A stretch of 64,000 bases of DNA from an uncultured Chloroflexia bacterium (GCA_963829295.1 CAWHHU010000003.1:360157-424156), one strand, 5' to 3'; shown: positions 8,781-19,130, counted from the stretch's first letter. Made by a program: numbers and translations. The notes: a model not told the origin generated them from the sequence alone.

Positions 8781-11537
8781 ATGCAGACCAGCCTCGCCCG
8801 GAGGCAGCGGCAGCGCCGGCTTGGCAACCGCCGCCACCGAGGCAGCGGAGCCGCCCGTGCGGCCGCCATCACCCTTCCGCTCTTCCTGTTCGGGACGCTC
8901 GTGCTGCTCGGCGCAGCCGGCGCGATGGGGTCCGTGGCCGCGTACACGTACCTCTCGAAGGACCTGCCGGATCCCAAGCAGGCGTTCGAGCAGATCACGT
9001 TCACCTCGCAATCGGCTGTCTACGACCGCACGGGCAAGGTCCTGCTGGCCAAGCTCGGCGACGACCGCCGCGACGTCGTGACGTTCGACCAGATACCGCC
9101 CGCGCTGATCGATGCCACCACCTCCGTCGAGGACAAGACCTTCTGGAACAACTCCGGGTTCGACCCGCTGGGCTTCGTCTCGGCCGCCATCGACACGATC
9201 AACGGCAACGATCGCGGCGCCTCGACGATCACCCAGCAGCTCGTCCGGGCGCGCCTGCTGCCCGAGAGCGCGTTTGCCGAGGGCGTCTACATCCGCAAGG
9301 CCAAGGAGATCATCCAGTCGATCCGCCTGACCGAGGCGTACCCGGGAACCACCGGCAAGCAGGCGATCATGGAGAACTACCTCAACCAGAACTTCTACGG
9401 CAATCGCAGCTACGGTGTGGCCGCCGCCGCGAAGAGCTACTGGCGCAAGAGCCTCAAGGACCTCGACCTGGCCCAGATGGCGCTGCTCGCGGCCATCCCG
9501 CAGTCGCCGACCCGGTTTGACCTGGTCAAGAACGCCGTGGAGGAGACGTACACCGACGCGAAGGGCAACGAGCAGACGCACCTCGTGGTGTCGCCGACCA
9601 GCGAGGTGGTCCAGCGCCGGAACTTCATCCTCGACCTGATGAAGACCCGCAGCGTGCTGACGTCCCACCCGTTCACGTTCGACGGTCAGGATTACCCGGC
9701 CTACACGGAGGCTGACTTCGAGGCCGCCAAGGCCGAGCCCGTCGTCCTCGCGTCGCAGGCGGCGGACACCTGGCGGGCACCGCAGTTCGTGTGGCAGGCG
9801 CGCGATGAGCTGGGACAGATCCTGTGCGGCGATCCGAACAACTGCCAGAAGATCGACACCGGCGGCTATACGGTCATCACGACCCTCAACTACGACATGC
9901 AGCGCAAGGCCGAGAAGTGGGTCTATGCGTCCGCCATCGCCTCCAGCTCGAAGCATGCGGACACGCTGCTCAAGAACCACGGCGTCCAGCGCAGCCAATG
10001 GTCATGGATCACGGCGCTGCGAAGCCAAAACCTCCACAACGCGGCGGCGGGGGTGGTCGACTACCGGACCGGCCAGGTCCTCGCCTACGCGGGCTCGGCC
10101 CAGTACACAGGCAAGTCGACCAAGAAGTTCCAGCCGCAGTTCGACGTCCTCTCCAACGGCTGGCGCCAGACTGGCTCGGCGATCAAGCCGCTCATCTACT
10201 CGACCGGGATCGAGGATCGCACGTTCACGGCCGCCACGATGTTCATGGAGGTGGTCACGAACTTCGCGCCTTCCGGCGCCAAGCCGTACGAGCCGACCCA
10301 GGATGACGGCCTGGAGCGCGGGCCCGTCCGGCTGCGTGAGGCGCTCCAGTACTCGCTGAACATCCCGGCCGTGAAGGCCGGCATCCTGATCGGGCTCGAC
10401 CGCGAGCTCAGCCGGTTCAGGGACTTCGGGCTCGAGTTCCCCAGCGGAACCGCACCCGTGATCTCGCAGAGCCTCGGGACGCTGGTGACCCATCCGATCG
10501 AGCTGATCAGCGCGTTCGGCGCGATTGCCAATGGCGGGGTGCTGATGCCGCGCACGACGATCCTGAAGATCCTCGACCCCTCCGGCAGCCAGGTATGGCC
10601 GGCGCCCAACACCAAGGTCGCCGGCACCCGCGTGATCTCTCGTCAGACGGCGTACATCGTCACGGACATCCTGTCGGGCAACACCGACCCCAGCGTCAAC
10701 CCCTACTGGGCCAAGTGGAAGGTCACCGACGGCGTGAGCTCGTCGGTCAACCGGCCGGCCGCGTACAAGACGGGCACCACCCAGGATACGCGCGATGTGC
10801 TCGCGGCAGGCTACCTGCCACCGCCCGCCGATCCCTCGCTCCCGGGGCTCGTGGTCGGGGTCTGGATGGGCAACTCGGACAACTCGCCGACCGGCGCCAT
10901 CTCCCTCAAGTCGTCCGCTCCGCTGTGGTCCGCGATCATGTCCGACATCGCGAAAGGGATGCCGATCGACCGGTTCGCGCGAACCAAGCCAAAGGGCCTG
11001 GTGACCGCCAAGGTCGACGCGTTCACGGGCTTCAAGCCCGGTCCGAGCACCACCAGGACCGTCAAAGAGCTGTTCCTGACGGGCACGGGGCCGGCCAGCT
11101 CCACCGGGAACACGGTGACGCTCGACATCGATGCCGCGACCGGCAAGCTGTGGCAGGACGGCTGTGCCGGGCCGATGGAGACCAGGACGTACATCGATCT
11201 CAGCCAGGTGGAGTCGATCAAGTCGTGGCAGAAGGCCGATGCCGCCTGGCAGGCGCGGGCAGCCCGGGGCGTCGGCGTCGCCGGGGGCCCGAAGCACACG
11301 CGAACCTCGTACTTCTACGAGTACTACGGCTTCAAGCCATTCGGCTCATCCTGGGGCGGCCGGTTCGCCCCCACCAAGACCTGTCCGATCGCCCCGCCGT
11401 CGCCGTCGATCTGTGTGTCCACCGACCCACTCTCGCCGTGCCCGTCGCAGCCGGCCATCACCCCGGAGCCGACGCCAACCCCGGCGCCGCCGGGCCACGG
11501 GAACGGCAAGGGCAACCAGCCAACGCCCACGCCCTGA
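8781..11537 (+). CDS. Class A penicillin-binding protein (glycosyltransferase + transpeptidase), Pro-rich C-terminal tail
   Basis: N-terminal TM segment. GT51 motifs (SVEDKTFW, RGASTITQQL). Transpeptidase motifs (SAIKP, SLN, KTGT). ATG is at 8781 (M74 of the track ORF). The C-terminus is PEPTPTPAPPGHGNGKGNQPTPTP. Confidence 0.9.
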   Translation: MQTSLARRQRQRRLGNRRHRGSGAARAAAITLPLFLFGTLVLLGAAGAMGSVAAYTYLSKDLPDPKQAFEQITFTSQSAVYDRTGKVLLAKLGDDRRDVVTFDQIPPALIDATTSVEDKTFWNNSGFDPLGFVSAAIDTINGNDRGASTITQQLVRARLLPESAFAEGVYIRKAKEIIQSIRLTEAYPGTTGKQAIMENYLNQNFYGNRSYGVAAAAKSYWRKSLKDLDLAQMALLAAIPQSPTRFDLVKNAVEETYTDAKGNEQTHLVVSPTSEVVQRRNFILDLMKTRSVLTSHPFTFDGQDYPAYTEADFEAAKAEPVVLASQAADTWRAPQFVWQARDELGQILCGDPNNCQKIDTGGYTVITTLNYDMQRKAEKWVYASAIASSSKHADTLLKNHGVQRSQWSWITALRSQNLHNAAAGVVDYRTGQVLAYAGSAQYTGKSTKKFQPQFDVLSNGWRQTGSAIKPLIYSTGIEDRTFTAATMFMEVVTNFAPSGAKPYEPTQDDGLERGPVRLREALQYSLNIPAVKAGILIGLDRELSRFRDFGLEFPSGTAPVISQSLGTLVTHPIELISAFGAIANGGVLMPRTTILKILDPSGSQVWPAPNTKVAGTRVISRQTAYIVTDILSGNTDPSVNPYWAKWKVTDGVSSSVNRPAAYKTGTTQDTRDVLAAGYLPPPADPSLPGLVVGVWMGNSDNSPTGAISLKSSAPLWSAIMSDIAKGMPIDRFARTKPKGLVTAKVDAFTGFKPGPSTTRTVKELFLTGTGPASSTGNTVTLDIDAATGKLWQDGCAGPMETRTYIDLSQVESIKSWQKADAAWQARAARGVGVAGGPKHTRTSYFYEYYGFKPFGSSWGGRFAPTKTCPIAPPSPSICVSTDPLSPCPSQPAITPEPTPTPAPPGHGNGKGNQPTPTP

Positions 11538-11541
11538 GGAC

Positions 11542-11576
11542 GGTCGGAGGCTGGCGACCGCCGGCCGCCGTCCCGA
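11542..11576. terminator. Inverted repeat GGACGG...CCGTCC between convergent PBP and mutS2 genes
   Basis: A 6-bp perfect stem with a GC-rich interior, seen in the 45-bp convergent gap. Confidence 0.3.
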
Positions 11577-11582
11577 CGACCC

Positions 11583-13970
11583 CTACAGGCGGATGATCGT
11601 CGCGCCGTCCCCGCCTTCGCCGCGCTCCCCCGGCCGGAAGCTCCGGACCAGCGGGTGCGACCCCGCCTGATCCCGGACCGCGTCCCGCAACGCGCCCGTG
11701 CCGAGCCCGTGGATGATGGTCACCTGGTCCATCCCGGCGAGCGCCGCGTCGTCCAGGTAGCGGCCGAGCGCATCGAGGGCCTCGTCCACCCGGGCTCCCC
11801 GCAGGTCGAGCGACGAGGCCACCGTCCGGGCCCGCGAGAGCTGAAGGCTGCCGATGCCCGACGCCGTACCGGCGCCCCTACCCGATGCCGTCCCAGGACC
11901 CGTCCGGGCAGGCGGCGGTCCGCCGCGGCCGCCGCCCGCGTCGATCGCGGGCTCCAGATCCTCGACCCCGACCGACACCCGCATGTCGCCGGCCTCCAGG
12001 GTCGCGCGGGTGCCGCCCCGATCCATCGCCGCGATCCGCCCCTCCCAGCCGCCACTGCGGCTCCGTGCGCGATCGCCCGGCCGCCAGCGGCGGGGGGCCA
12101 CCGGCTGCGGCGCAACGGCCTCCGGCGTCGGCCCCGGCAACCGCTCGAGGGTCCGGTCCGCCCGTGCCAGCGCGGCGTCGATGGCCGGGGCCGTGATCGT
12201 CTCGCGCTCGAGTCGGCGACGGACACCCGCCACGTCCTGGCGCAGCCCGTCCACCAGTCGCTCGGCCTCGACGCGGGCGGCGCGGACGGCGTCGTCCCGC
12301 TCGCGTCTCGCCCGGCGTCGCTCCTCGTCGGCCGCTCGCAGCGCATCCGCCGCCTTCGCATCAGCCGCCCGCGCCCGCTCCACGGCCTCCGCGATCTCGC
12401 CCTCCTGGCGGCGGATCGAGGCCAGCGTCGCCTCGAACGCCTGCTGGTTCTCGGACAGGCGGCTGCGTGCGTCGGCGACGATCGCGTCGGGCAGGCCGAG
12501 CCGCTCGGCGATCGCGAACGCCTGGCTGCCACCCGGCAGCCCGATGCTCAGCCGGTACGTGGGCGTGAGCGTCTCCAGGTCGAACTCGACCGAGGCGTTG
12601 CGCGCGGCCGGCGTCTCGTGCGCATACACCTTGATCTCCGCGTAATGGGTGGTGGCCGCGATCAGCGCGCCCGAGCGGATGAAGTGATCGAGCAGAGCCT
12701 GCGCCAGGGCAGAGCCCTCGGTCGGGTCGGTGCCCGCCCCCAGCTCGTCGAGCAGCACCAGCGTCTCGGGCCCCGCGTGCTCGACGATCCGGATGATCGA
12801 CCGCAGGTGACCCGAGAACGTCGACAGGGACTGCGCGATCGACTGCTCGTCCCCGATGTCGGCGAACACGTCCCGGAACACCGGCAGCCGCGATCCCGCC
12901 TCGGCCGGGACATGCAGCCCGGCCTGGTGCATCAGGGAGAGCAGCCCGAGCGTGCGCAGGGCGACCGTCTTGCCGCCCGTGTTGGGACCGGTGATGACCA
13001 GCGCGCTATACCCGTCGCCCAGACGGACGTCGATCGGGACCACGTGGCCGGTCAGCCCGGGATGACGCGCGGACAGCAGCACGATCTCCGTCCGGTCGGC
13101 AGGCGCCGGACGGATGCCGTCGAGCTCGGCCCCGAGCTGCGCCTTGGCGGCCCAGAAGTCGAACTGGGCGAGGGCGCCGAGCGTCTCGCGCAGCAGCGTG
13201 GCGTTGGCGCCCACCAGCGCCGACAGCTCGTCGAGGATCCGCCCCTCCTCCTCCTCCACCGCGGACTGCGCCTCGCGCCAGGCGTTGCCCAGCTCCACCA
13301 CCACCAGGGGCTCGACGAACAGCGTCTGCCCGCTGCCGGACGCGTCGTGCACGATGCCCTTGACCTTGCCTCGCGCCTCAGCCCGGATGGGAACCACGTA
13401 GCGCCCGTTGCGCAGGGTGATGATCGGTTCCTGCAGCGCGCCTCCGAGCTCCGAACCGACCAGGGAATCGAGCCGGCGGCGGAGCCGGTCGTACGCGACG
13501 CGCACGGCCGCGCGCAGCCCGCCGAGCCGTGGCGAGGCCGTGTCCAGCAGCTCGCCGGCAGGATCGAAGCTCCGGCCGAGCGTGCTGCGGAGCGCGGGCA
13601 GCGGATGGACGCGGCGGCCCAGCTCGCGCAGCAGCGCGCGGCGCTCGTCGGCAAGCCCCGTGGCCAGGCGTGATGCCGCATCGAGCGTCTCACCGATCTC
13701 GAGGAACTGCCCGGCGTCGAGACGCCCGCCTCGGACCGCGCGGCCGACCGACGGGTCGATGTCGTGGGCCGCGCCGATGCCGACTCCCGGCCGCTCCTGG
13801 AGCAGCGCGCGCGCCTGGTCTGTCTCGTCCAGACCGCGTGCGACGAGCACCGGATCGGCCGACGGCTCCAGCGCCCGGGCCAGCCGCTCCGAGGGACCGA
13901 ACGAGGTGTGCCCGGCCAGACGCTCGCGGACGGCGGGGAACTCGAGCAGGGCGATCGAACGTGCGTCCAT
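11583..13970 (-). CDS. mutS2: Endonuclease MutS2 (MutS domains III-V ATPase + C-terminal Smr domain)
   Basis: Walker A GPNTGGKT. MutS signature STFSGHL. DEL box LVLLDELGAGTDP. C-terminal Smr-like LDLRGARVDEALDALGRYLDDAALAGMDQVTIIHGLGTGALR. Start MDARSIALLEF is at 13970. Confidence 0.9.
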   Translation of the reverse strand: MDARSIALLEFPAVRERLAGHTSFGPSERLARALEPSADPVLVARGLDETDQARALLQERPGVGIGAAHDIDPSVGRAVRGGRLDAGQFLEIGETLDAASRLATGLADERRALLRELGRRVHPLPALRSTLGRSFDPAGELLDTASPRLGGLRAAVRVAYDRLRRRLDSLVGSELGGALQEPIITLRNGRYVVPIRAEARGKVKGIVHDASGSGQTLFVEPLVVVELGNAWREAQSAVEEEEGRILDELSALVGANATLLRETLGALAQFDFWAAKAQLGAELDGIRPAPADRTEIVLLSARHPGLTGHVVPIDVRLGDGYSALVITGPNTGGKTVALRTLGLLSLMHQAGLHVPAEAGSRLPVFRDVFADIGDEQSIAQSLSTFSGHLRSIIRIVEHAGPETLVLLDELGAGTDPTEGSALAQALLDHFIRSGALIAATTHYAEIKVYAHETPAARNASVEFDLETLTPTYRLSIGLPGGSQAFAIAERLGLPDAIVADARSRLSENQQAFEATLASIRRQEGEIAEAVERARAADAKAADALRAADEERRRARRERDDAVRAARVEAERLVDGLRQDVAGVRRRLERETITAPAIDAALARADRTLERLPGPTPEAVAPQPVAPRRWRPGDRARSRSGGWEGRIAAMDRGGTRATLEAGDMRVSVGVEDLEPAIDAGGGRGGPPPARTGPGTASGRGAGTASGIGSLQLSRARTVASSLDLRGARVDEALDALGRYLDDAALAGMDQVTIIHGLGTGALRDAVRDQAGSHPLVRSFRPGERGEGGDGATIIRL

Positions 13971-13987
13971 CGGGGTTCGCGGGCCGG

Positions 13988-14815
13988 TCAGCCGTGCCGG
14001 CGCGGCCCGCTCAACGACGGGCTGTCCTCGACGACCAGCCGCCACGGAACGCTGACCCAGGGCTCGCCCGCATAGCTGATCCCGATCCGGGGCGTGGCAG
14101 CGATGCTCGGCGACGGCTCGCCGGCGGGCGGCAGCTCGAGCCGCAGCCGCGAGCGCGGGTCGCACAGGTCGAGGCCGTCGCACGAGCGGTCGATGTCGAA
14201 GGCGGCCGTCATCAGGCCCGGGCCGGCGGCCAATCGAGCGTCGGCGATCAGCCGGGCGGGCGCGACCGGCCGATCGCCTGCCGTCGCCTGACGATGGCCG
14301 TGCCGCGCACGAACCCGAGCCTCGCGCATGGCCGGGATGCCCTCCAGCGGCTCCACCGCGCGGATGAGCAGCGCCGCCGGATGCGAGGCTGGTTCGGTGA
14401 CGACATTGAGACAGTGATACATGCCGTAGACAAGGTACACGTAGGCGACGCCCGGCCGGCCGTACATCACCCGGTTCCGTGCCGTCGGTCCCATCCGCGC
14501 ATGCGACGCGCGATCCTCCTCGCCGATGTAGGCCTCGACCTCCACGATCCGCCCCACCCGCCGGCCGAGGTCACGCGCCGCGGACGCTCCCTGGCCGGGC
14601 GCTCCCTGCCCCGACGCCTCGCCGTCTGGCTCGCGGACGAGCCGTGCGCCGAGCAGTACCCGCGCAGCTGCGAGGGTGGCGCCCGCGAGGAGCTCGCGCG
14701 GGACGATGCGGCCCCTTGCCGGCCCGGGGCCGGTTCGCGGAGGTTGGGCCGCGATCTGCGACGGTCGCGATGACGGGTGGGGCCGAGGGCGACGCCGGGC
14801 TCCGCCGGCCGTCAC
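13988..14815 (-). CDS. mpg: DNA-3-methyladenine glycosylase (AAG/Mpg family) with R/P-rich N-terminal extension
   Basis: GRIVEVEAYIGEEDRASHA...RNRVMYGRPGVAYVYLVYGMYHCLNVV...ALLIRAVEP is the AAG-family core. The only in-frame start upstream of the core is the GTG at 14815, which overlaps the cvpA stop (GTGA). The start is uncertain. Confidence 0.75.
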   Translation of the reverse strand: MTAGGARRRPRPHPSSRPSQIAAQPPRTGPGPARGRIVPRELLAGATLAAARVLLGARLVREPDGEASGQGAPGQGASAARDLGRRVGRIVEVEAYIGEEDRASHARMGPTARNRVMYGRPGVAYVYLVYGMYHCLNVVTEPASHPAALLIRAVEPLEGIPAMREARVRARHGHRQATAGDRPVAPARLIADARLAAGPGLMTAAFDIDRSCDGLDLCDPRSRLRLELPPAGEPSPSIAATPRIGISYAGEPWVSVPWRLVVEDSPSLSGPRRHG

Positions 14816-15399
14816 TTGCCGTACAGGGCTCGCACCGATGCCGGGATGAGGAAGCCCGTGATGGTGATGAACCCCGGGATCAGCGTCCCGTGCAGCAGGG
14901 TGCCGGCGCCCGAGTCGTGGACCGTCTGCCAGAAGGTGCGCAGGAACCCGATCTCGTCGGAGTCCTGGGGCAGGTTCGTGTAGAGGAAGTACTGGTCGAG
15001 GATGATCACCACGAACATCAGCAGCAGGAACCCCTGCAGGACCCCGACCACGCCACCCAGGATCTCGTCGACGACCGGGTAGTCCGTGAACAGGGGGGCC
15101 TTGCGATAGGTGCCCTGGATGATCAGGGTGAACGCGATGACGCCGGCCACGAAGATCGTCAGGAAGCCCAGCATGACCGAGTACTCGCGTGGGAACTGCT
15201 TCCAGTTCTGAGCCAGGAACCCGCCCAGCCACGCGTCGTTGAGCTGCGCCGCCAGGAAGAACGAGAACACGATCGAGGCCGTGCCCACGACCCGCCGGAC
15301 GGTCCCCTGGATGAAGCCAGCGACGAACCAGCCGAACAGGTAGAGCAGGACCACCACGTCGAACACGTTCAACGCGTTGAGGAAGTCCGAGACGTTCAC
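14812..15399 (-). CDS. cvpA: CvpA-family membrane protein (colicin V production protein / B. subtilis YshB-like)
   Basis: A 4-TM small membrane protein (VNVSDFLNALNVFDVVVLLYLFGWFVAGF...) typical of CvpA. GTG at 15399 is preceded by GAGG. Confidence 0.7.
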   Translation of the reverse strand: MNVSDFLNALNVFDVVVLLYLFGWFVAGFIQGTVRRVVGTASIVFSFFLAAQLNDAWLGGFLAQNWKQFPREYSVMLGFLTIFVAGVIAFTLIIQGTYRKAPLFTDYPVVDEILGGVVGVLQGFLLLMFVVIILDQYFLYTNLPQDSDEIGFLRTFWQTVHDSGAGTLLHGTLIPGFITITGFLIPASVRALYGK

Positions 15400-15594
15400 C
15401 CACCCAACCTCGTGACGGCTGCCCCCGATCGCCCGGCCCACGCTCGGTCCAGGCCTGCGTCGAAGGGTAGCAGCGCGCGCTCGGGCCCCGCAATGCATTG
15501 CCGCCGCCTGCGGACGGGCTGTGGTGCGCTCACGCCTACGCAGGACGACCGATCGGGGCTGGATCCGTGCCGTTCCTGCCGGACCTTCGCAGGG

Positions 15595-18093
15595 TCAGGC
15601 TCGGAGCCTGCCACCCAGCACGTGGATCGCGCGAACGACCGCGGCCAGGGCATCGTCCACCTCGACCTCGGTGAGGGTGCGGTCGGGAGCGGCGAACGAC
15701 AACCGGATCGCGAGGCTCTTCTCGTTCTCCCCGAGGGGCGTGCCGCGGTACACGTCGAACAGCCGCGCGCCGCGCAGCAGGGGACCCGCCGCGCCGGCGA
15801 CGGCCTCGGTCACCGCCGCTGCCGTGGCCAATTCGGGAACGACGACCGCCAGATCGCGGCCAAGCTCCGGGAAGCGGCCGATCTCGGGGGCTCGCTCGGC
15901 TTCCAGCCGCCCGGCCGACAGCCCCCGGAGCGCGACCTCGGCGACGATCACCCGCTCCTGTGTCCGCAGGTCCCAGGCATCCACCAGGTCCGGATGGATC
16001 TCGCCGACCAGGGCATCGAGCCGGTCGGGGATGGATGCGCGCGCCGTTCGCCCTGGGTGGAGCCGGGGTTCCCCGGCCTCGGCAACGTAGACCGGGTGTC
16101 CGAGGCCCAGCCGATGTGCGAGCAGCTCGATCAGGCCCTTGGCGTCGTCGAGGTCATACACGCGCCGGCGGCGGTTCCAGGCCGGTGGCTCCGCCGACCC
16201 GGTGAGCGCGAACCCGAGCCGCCACCACTCACGCGGCTGATCGCCCGTTCGCGCGTACCCCTTGCCGACCTCGAACACCGCGATGTCATCGGTCCCGTGC
16301 CGCAGGTTCACGCCGACCACGTCGAGCAGGCTTCCGAGCAGGTTGCGACGGAGGAGCGAATGATCTCGCGACAGCGGGTTCGAGACGGCGATCGGGTCGC
16401 CCCCGGCGATCGGGTCTCCGGCAACCGAGGTCACCTCGTGGTGCAGGGCGAAGGTCTCGATGTGGCGCGGGGACACGAGCGCGGTCGTCACGACCTCGGT
16501 CAGACCCGCCCCGGCGAGGGTGTCCCGCACGAGCTCGCGCACCTCGAGCGGCGACGGGCGGAACGCAGGCATCTCCGTGTCCGGCCGCACCGACGGGACA
16601 AGCTCGTAGCCGTGGACCCTGGCCACCTCCTCGGCCACGTCCGCCTCGATCGCGAGGTCGCGCCGCCAGCTGGGCACCATCGCGGTCACGGCCTCACCGG
16701 CGCCGGCAGCCACGCTCAGGGGCTGCGGATCGAGCGACACGACGACGGCATCCCCGGCTGGCTCGGTATCGACGCCCACCCGCGCCAGCAGCGCGCGCTG
16801 CTCGTCCGCGGACAGCGCCGTTCCCAGCAACCGGTTGACCCGGGCGGGCCGGAAGGCGACCCGCCGCCGTTCGGGCTCGATGGGAGCTGTGTCCACGCGT
16901 CCGGCCGCGATCTCACCTCCCGCCCATGCCCTGACCAGCTCGGCGGTCCGGTCCGCGCCGAGCCGGGCCAATCGCGTCTCCTGGCCCTTCTCGAACCGGG
17001 TGCTGGCCTCGGAGCGCAGGCCCAGTCGCTGCGCGGTGCGGCGGATGCTCACGGGGTCGAAGATGGCGGATTCGATCGCAACCTCAGTCGTTCCCTCGGA
17101 GATCTCGGAATCTGCGCCGCCCATGACACCGGCCAGGCCGAGGGGACCCTCCGGATCGGCGATCAGCAACGTCTCGTCGGTCAGCTCACGATGGACGTGG
17201 TCCAGCGTCTCGAGCCGCTCCCCACTGACGGCACGCCGGACGATGATCCGCGCCCGTCCATCGGCATCGGGGTGCACCCGCCCGCCGTCGAAGGTGTGGA
17301 TCGGCTTGCCCAGCTCGAGCATCACGTAGTTGGACGCGTCCACGACGTTCGAGACGGGCCGCTGCCCCGCCGCAAGCAGGCGCATCTGCACCTGGTCGGG
17401 CGACGGACCGATCGTCACCCCGCTCACCCACCGGCCCACGAACCTTGCACACAGGTCCGGATCGCGCACCTCGACCGCAAGCCGGTCGGCGGTCGATGGC
17501 CCGCTCCCCTCCTCCACCTCGATCACCGGCATCCGCGACTGCCGACGTGTCGCCGCCGCCACCTCGCGTGCCAGGCCAACGATCGAGAGCGCGTCGCCGC
17601 GGTTGGGCTTGACGTCCACGTCGAGCACCACGTCGCCGTACAGGTCGGCCAGCGGCACGCCCAGCGGCGTGTCGCCGGGCAGGATCAGGATGCCGTCCGC
17701 ATCGCCGGTCAGCTGGAGCTCGTCGCCCGAGCACAGCATCCCGTTGGAGACGACGCCCATCTTCTCTGCGCGCTCGATGCGGCGGTTGCCGGGCAGCACC
17801 GCCCCGGGCACGGCGACCGGCACCCGCTGCCCGGGCGCGATGTTGGTGGCCCCGCACACGATCGAGAGTGGCGGCTGACCGTCGCCGAAGGTGACCGTGG
17901 TGAGCGAGAGCCGGTCGGCGCGGGGATGCTTCTCGACCGTCAGCAGCTCGCCGGTGACGACGCTCTGCCAGTCAGCGCCCCAGCGTTCGATGCTGCTGAC
18001 CTCCATGCCCAGCAGGGTCAGCCGCTCGGCCAGCTCGTCGGGCGTCAGATCGACGTCCACGAACTCTCGGAGCCAGGAGAGCGGGACTCTCAT
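15595..18093 (-). CDS. pheT: Phenylalanyl-tRNA synthetase beta subunit
   Basis: Full-length PheT: tRNA-binding N-terminal domain (MRVPLSWLREFVDVDL...), B3/4, B5, catalytic-like and FDX-ACB domains. ATG at 18093 overlaps the pheS stop (ATGA). Confidence 0.95.
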   Translation of the reverse strand: MRVPLSWLREFVDVDLTPDELAERLTLLGMEVSSIERWGADWQSVVTGELLTVEKHPRADRLSLTTVTFGDGQPPLSIVCGATNIAPGQRVPVAVPGAVLPGNRRIERAEKMGVVSNGMLCSGDELQLTGDADGILILPGDTPLGVPLADLYGDVVLDVDVKPNRGDALSIVGLAREVAAATRRQSRMPVIEVEEGSGPSTADRLAVEVRDPDLCARFVGRWVSGVTIGPSPDQVQMRLLAAGQRPVSNVVDASNYVMLELGKPIHTFDGGRVHPDADGRARIIVRRAVSGERLETLDHVHRELTDETLLIADPEGPLGLAGVMGGADSEISEGTTEVAIESAIFDPVSIRRTAQRLGLRSEASTRFEKGQETRLARLGADRTAELVRAWAGGEIAAGRVDTAPIEPERRRVAFRPARVNRLLGTALSADEQRALLARVGVDTEPAGDAVVVSLDPQPLSVAAGAGEAVTAMVPSWRRDLAIEADVAEEVARVHGYELVPSVRPDTEMPAFRPSPLEVRELVRDTLAGAGLTEVVTTALVSPRHIETFALHHEVTSVAGDPIAGGDPIAVSNPLSRDHSLLRRNLLGSLLDVVGVNLRHGTDDIAVFEVGKGYARTGDQPREWWRLGFALTGSAEPPAWNRRRRVYDLDDAKGLIELLAHRLGLGHPVYVAEAGEPRLHPGRTARASIPDRLDALVGEIHPDLVDAWDLRTQERVIVAEVALRGLSAGRLEAERAPEIGRFPELGRDLAVVVPELATAAAVTEAVAGAAGPLLRGARLFDVYRGTPLGENEKSLAIRLSFAAPDRTLTEVEVDDALAAVVRAIHVLGGRLRA

Positions 18094-19130
18094 CGGAAGG
18101 CTCCGAGGAAGCGCAGGTCGTCCTCCATGTACAGGCGCAGGTCGGCGACCCGGTGACGCAGGTTCGCGATCCGCTCCACGCCCATCCCGAACGCGAACCC
18201 CTGGTAGCGCTCGGGGTCGATGCCGCCGTAGCGGAGGACGACCGGATGGACCATCCCCGCACCCAGGATCGTCATCCAGCCCGTCCGCGAGCAGGCCGGG
18301 CACTTCGCACCGTCGCAGATCACGCACAGGATGTCGAACGCGACCGATGGCTCCGTGAACGGGTAGTAGCCGGGGCGGAAGCGGGTAGGCCGATCGATGC
18401 CGAACAGGGCGTGGGCGAACTGGTCGAGCAGGCCCTTGAGGTCGGCCAGCGACGTTCCCTCGTCGACCATCAGCCCCTCGACCTGGAAGAACTCCGAGCC
18501 GTGGCTGGCGTCGACCGCCTCGTACCGGAAGCAGCGGCCCGGCAGCAGCGCCCGGATGGGCGGTCGCTCCTGGTGCATCACACGGATCTGGCCGGGGCTC
18601 GTGTGCGTTCGCAGCAGCCGGCCGTCGACGTCGAGGTAGAGCGTGTCCCACAGGTCCCGGGCCGGGTGATCGGGCGGGATGTTGAGCATCTGGAAGTTGG
18701 TGAGATCGTCCTCGATCTCGGGACCCTCGTACACCACGAAGCCGAACTGGGCGAACACGTCGGCGATCTCGCGCGCCGTCTCCACGATCGGGTGCAGGCT
18801 GCCGCGGCGGATCGGACGGCCCGGGGTGGTGACGTCCACCGCCTCGGCCTCCAGACGGGCCGTCAGCTCGGCGCCACCCAGGCGCCCGCGCGCCCCGGCC
18901 AGTGCCGCCTCGATCGCGGCCTGGACCTGGTTGCCGATCGCGCCCACCCTGGGCCGGTCCTCGGGCGGCAGCGCGCCGATCCCACGCAGGACACCCTTCA
19001 GCTCCCCTTTCTTGCCCAGCACCTCGACCTGGAGCTGGTCGAGCGCGCCCGTATCCGAAGCCGCGGCCGCGGATTCGAGGGCACGGTCCCGGAGCGCGTC
19101 GAGGTCGCGAGTGAGCTGGGCGAGATCCAT
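18090..19130 (-). CDS. pheS: Phenylalanyl-tRNA synthetase alpha subunit
   Basis: Class II aaRS motifs 1-3 (...FRPGYYPFTEPS...GAGMVHP...GFAFGMGVERIA). 346 aa. Confidence 0.95.
   Translation of the reverse strand: MDLAQLTRDLDALRDRALESAAAASDTGALDQLQVEVLGKKGELKGVLRGIGALPPEDRPRVGAIGNQVQAAIEAALAGARGRLGGAELTARLEAEAVDVTTPGRPIRRGSLHPIVETAREIADVFAQFGFVVYEGPEIEDDLTNFQMLNIPPDHPARDLWDTLYLDVDGRLLRTHTSPGQIRVMHQERPPIRALLPGRCFRYEAVDASHGSEFFQVEGLMVDEGTSLADLKGLLDQFAHALFGIDRPTRFRPGYYPFTEPSVAFDILCVICDGAKCPACSRTGWMTILGAGMVHPVVLRYGGIDPERYQGFAFGMGVERIANLRHRVADLRLYMEDDLRFLGAFR

Noticed and set aside
7334-9004. Longer TyrS with a 118-aa N-terminal extension
   Set aside because: The extension is R/A-rich, overlaps the PBP promoter region and start, and precedes the canonical TyrS N-terminus. 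The internal M at 8650 is used instead.
8413-9081. ORF 8413..9081 (+) and 8570..9520 (+) upstream of or overlapping the PBP gene
   Set aside because: Alternative frames of the tyrS/PBP divergent region. The PBP start at 8781 with a TM segment is the supported one.
14479-18156. 1225-aa + strand ORF, plus similar giant ORFs at 1406..3259 (-), 8694..9998 (-), 10002..11297 (-), 11655..13673 (+), 55791..57656 (+), 58078..58692 (+) and 61139..62389 (+)
   Set aside because: All are antisense to well-supported genes (pheT, hisD, the PBP, mutS2, amidohydrolase, MFS, peptidase). They are R/G/P/A-rich low-complexity translations typical of stop-codon-poor high-GC DNA and contain no recognisable domains.
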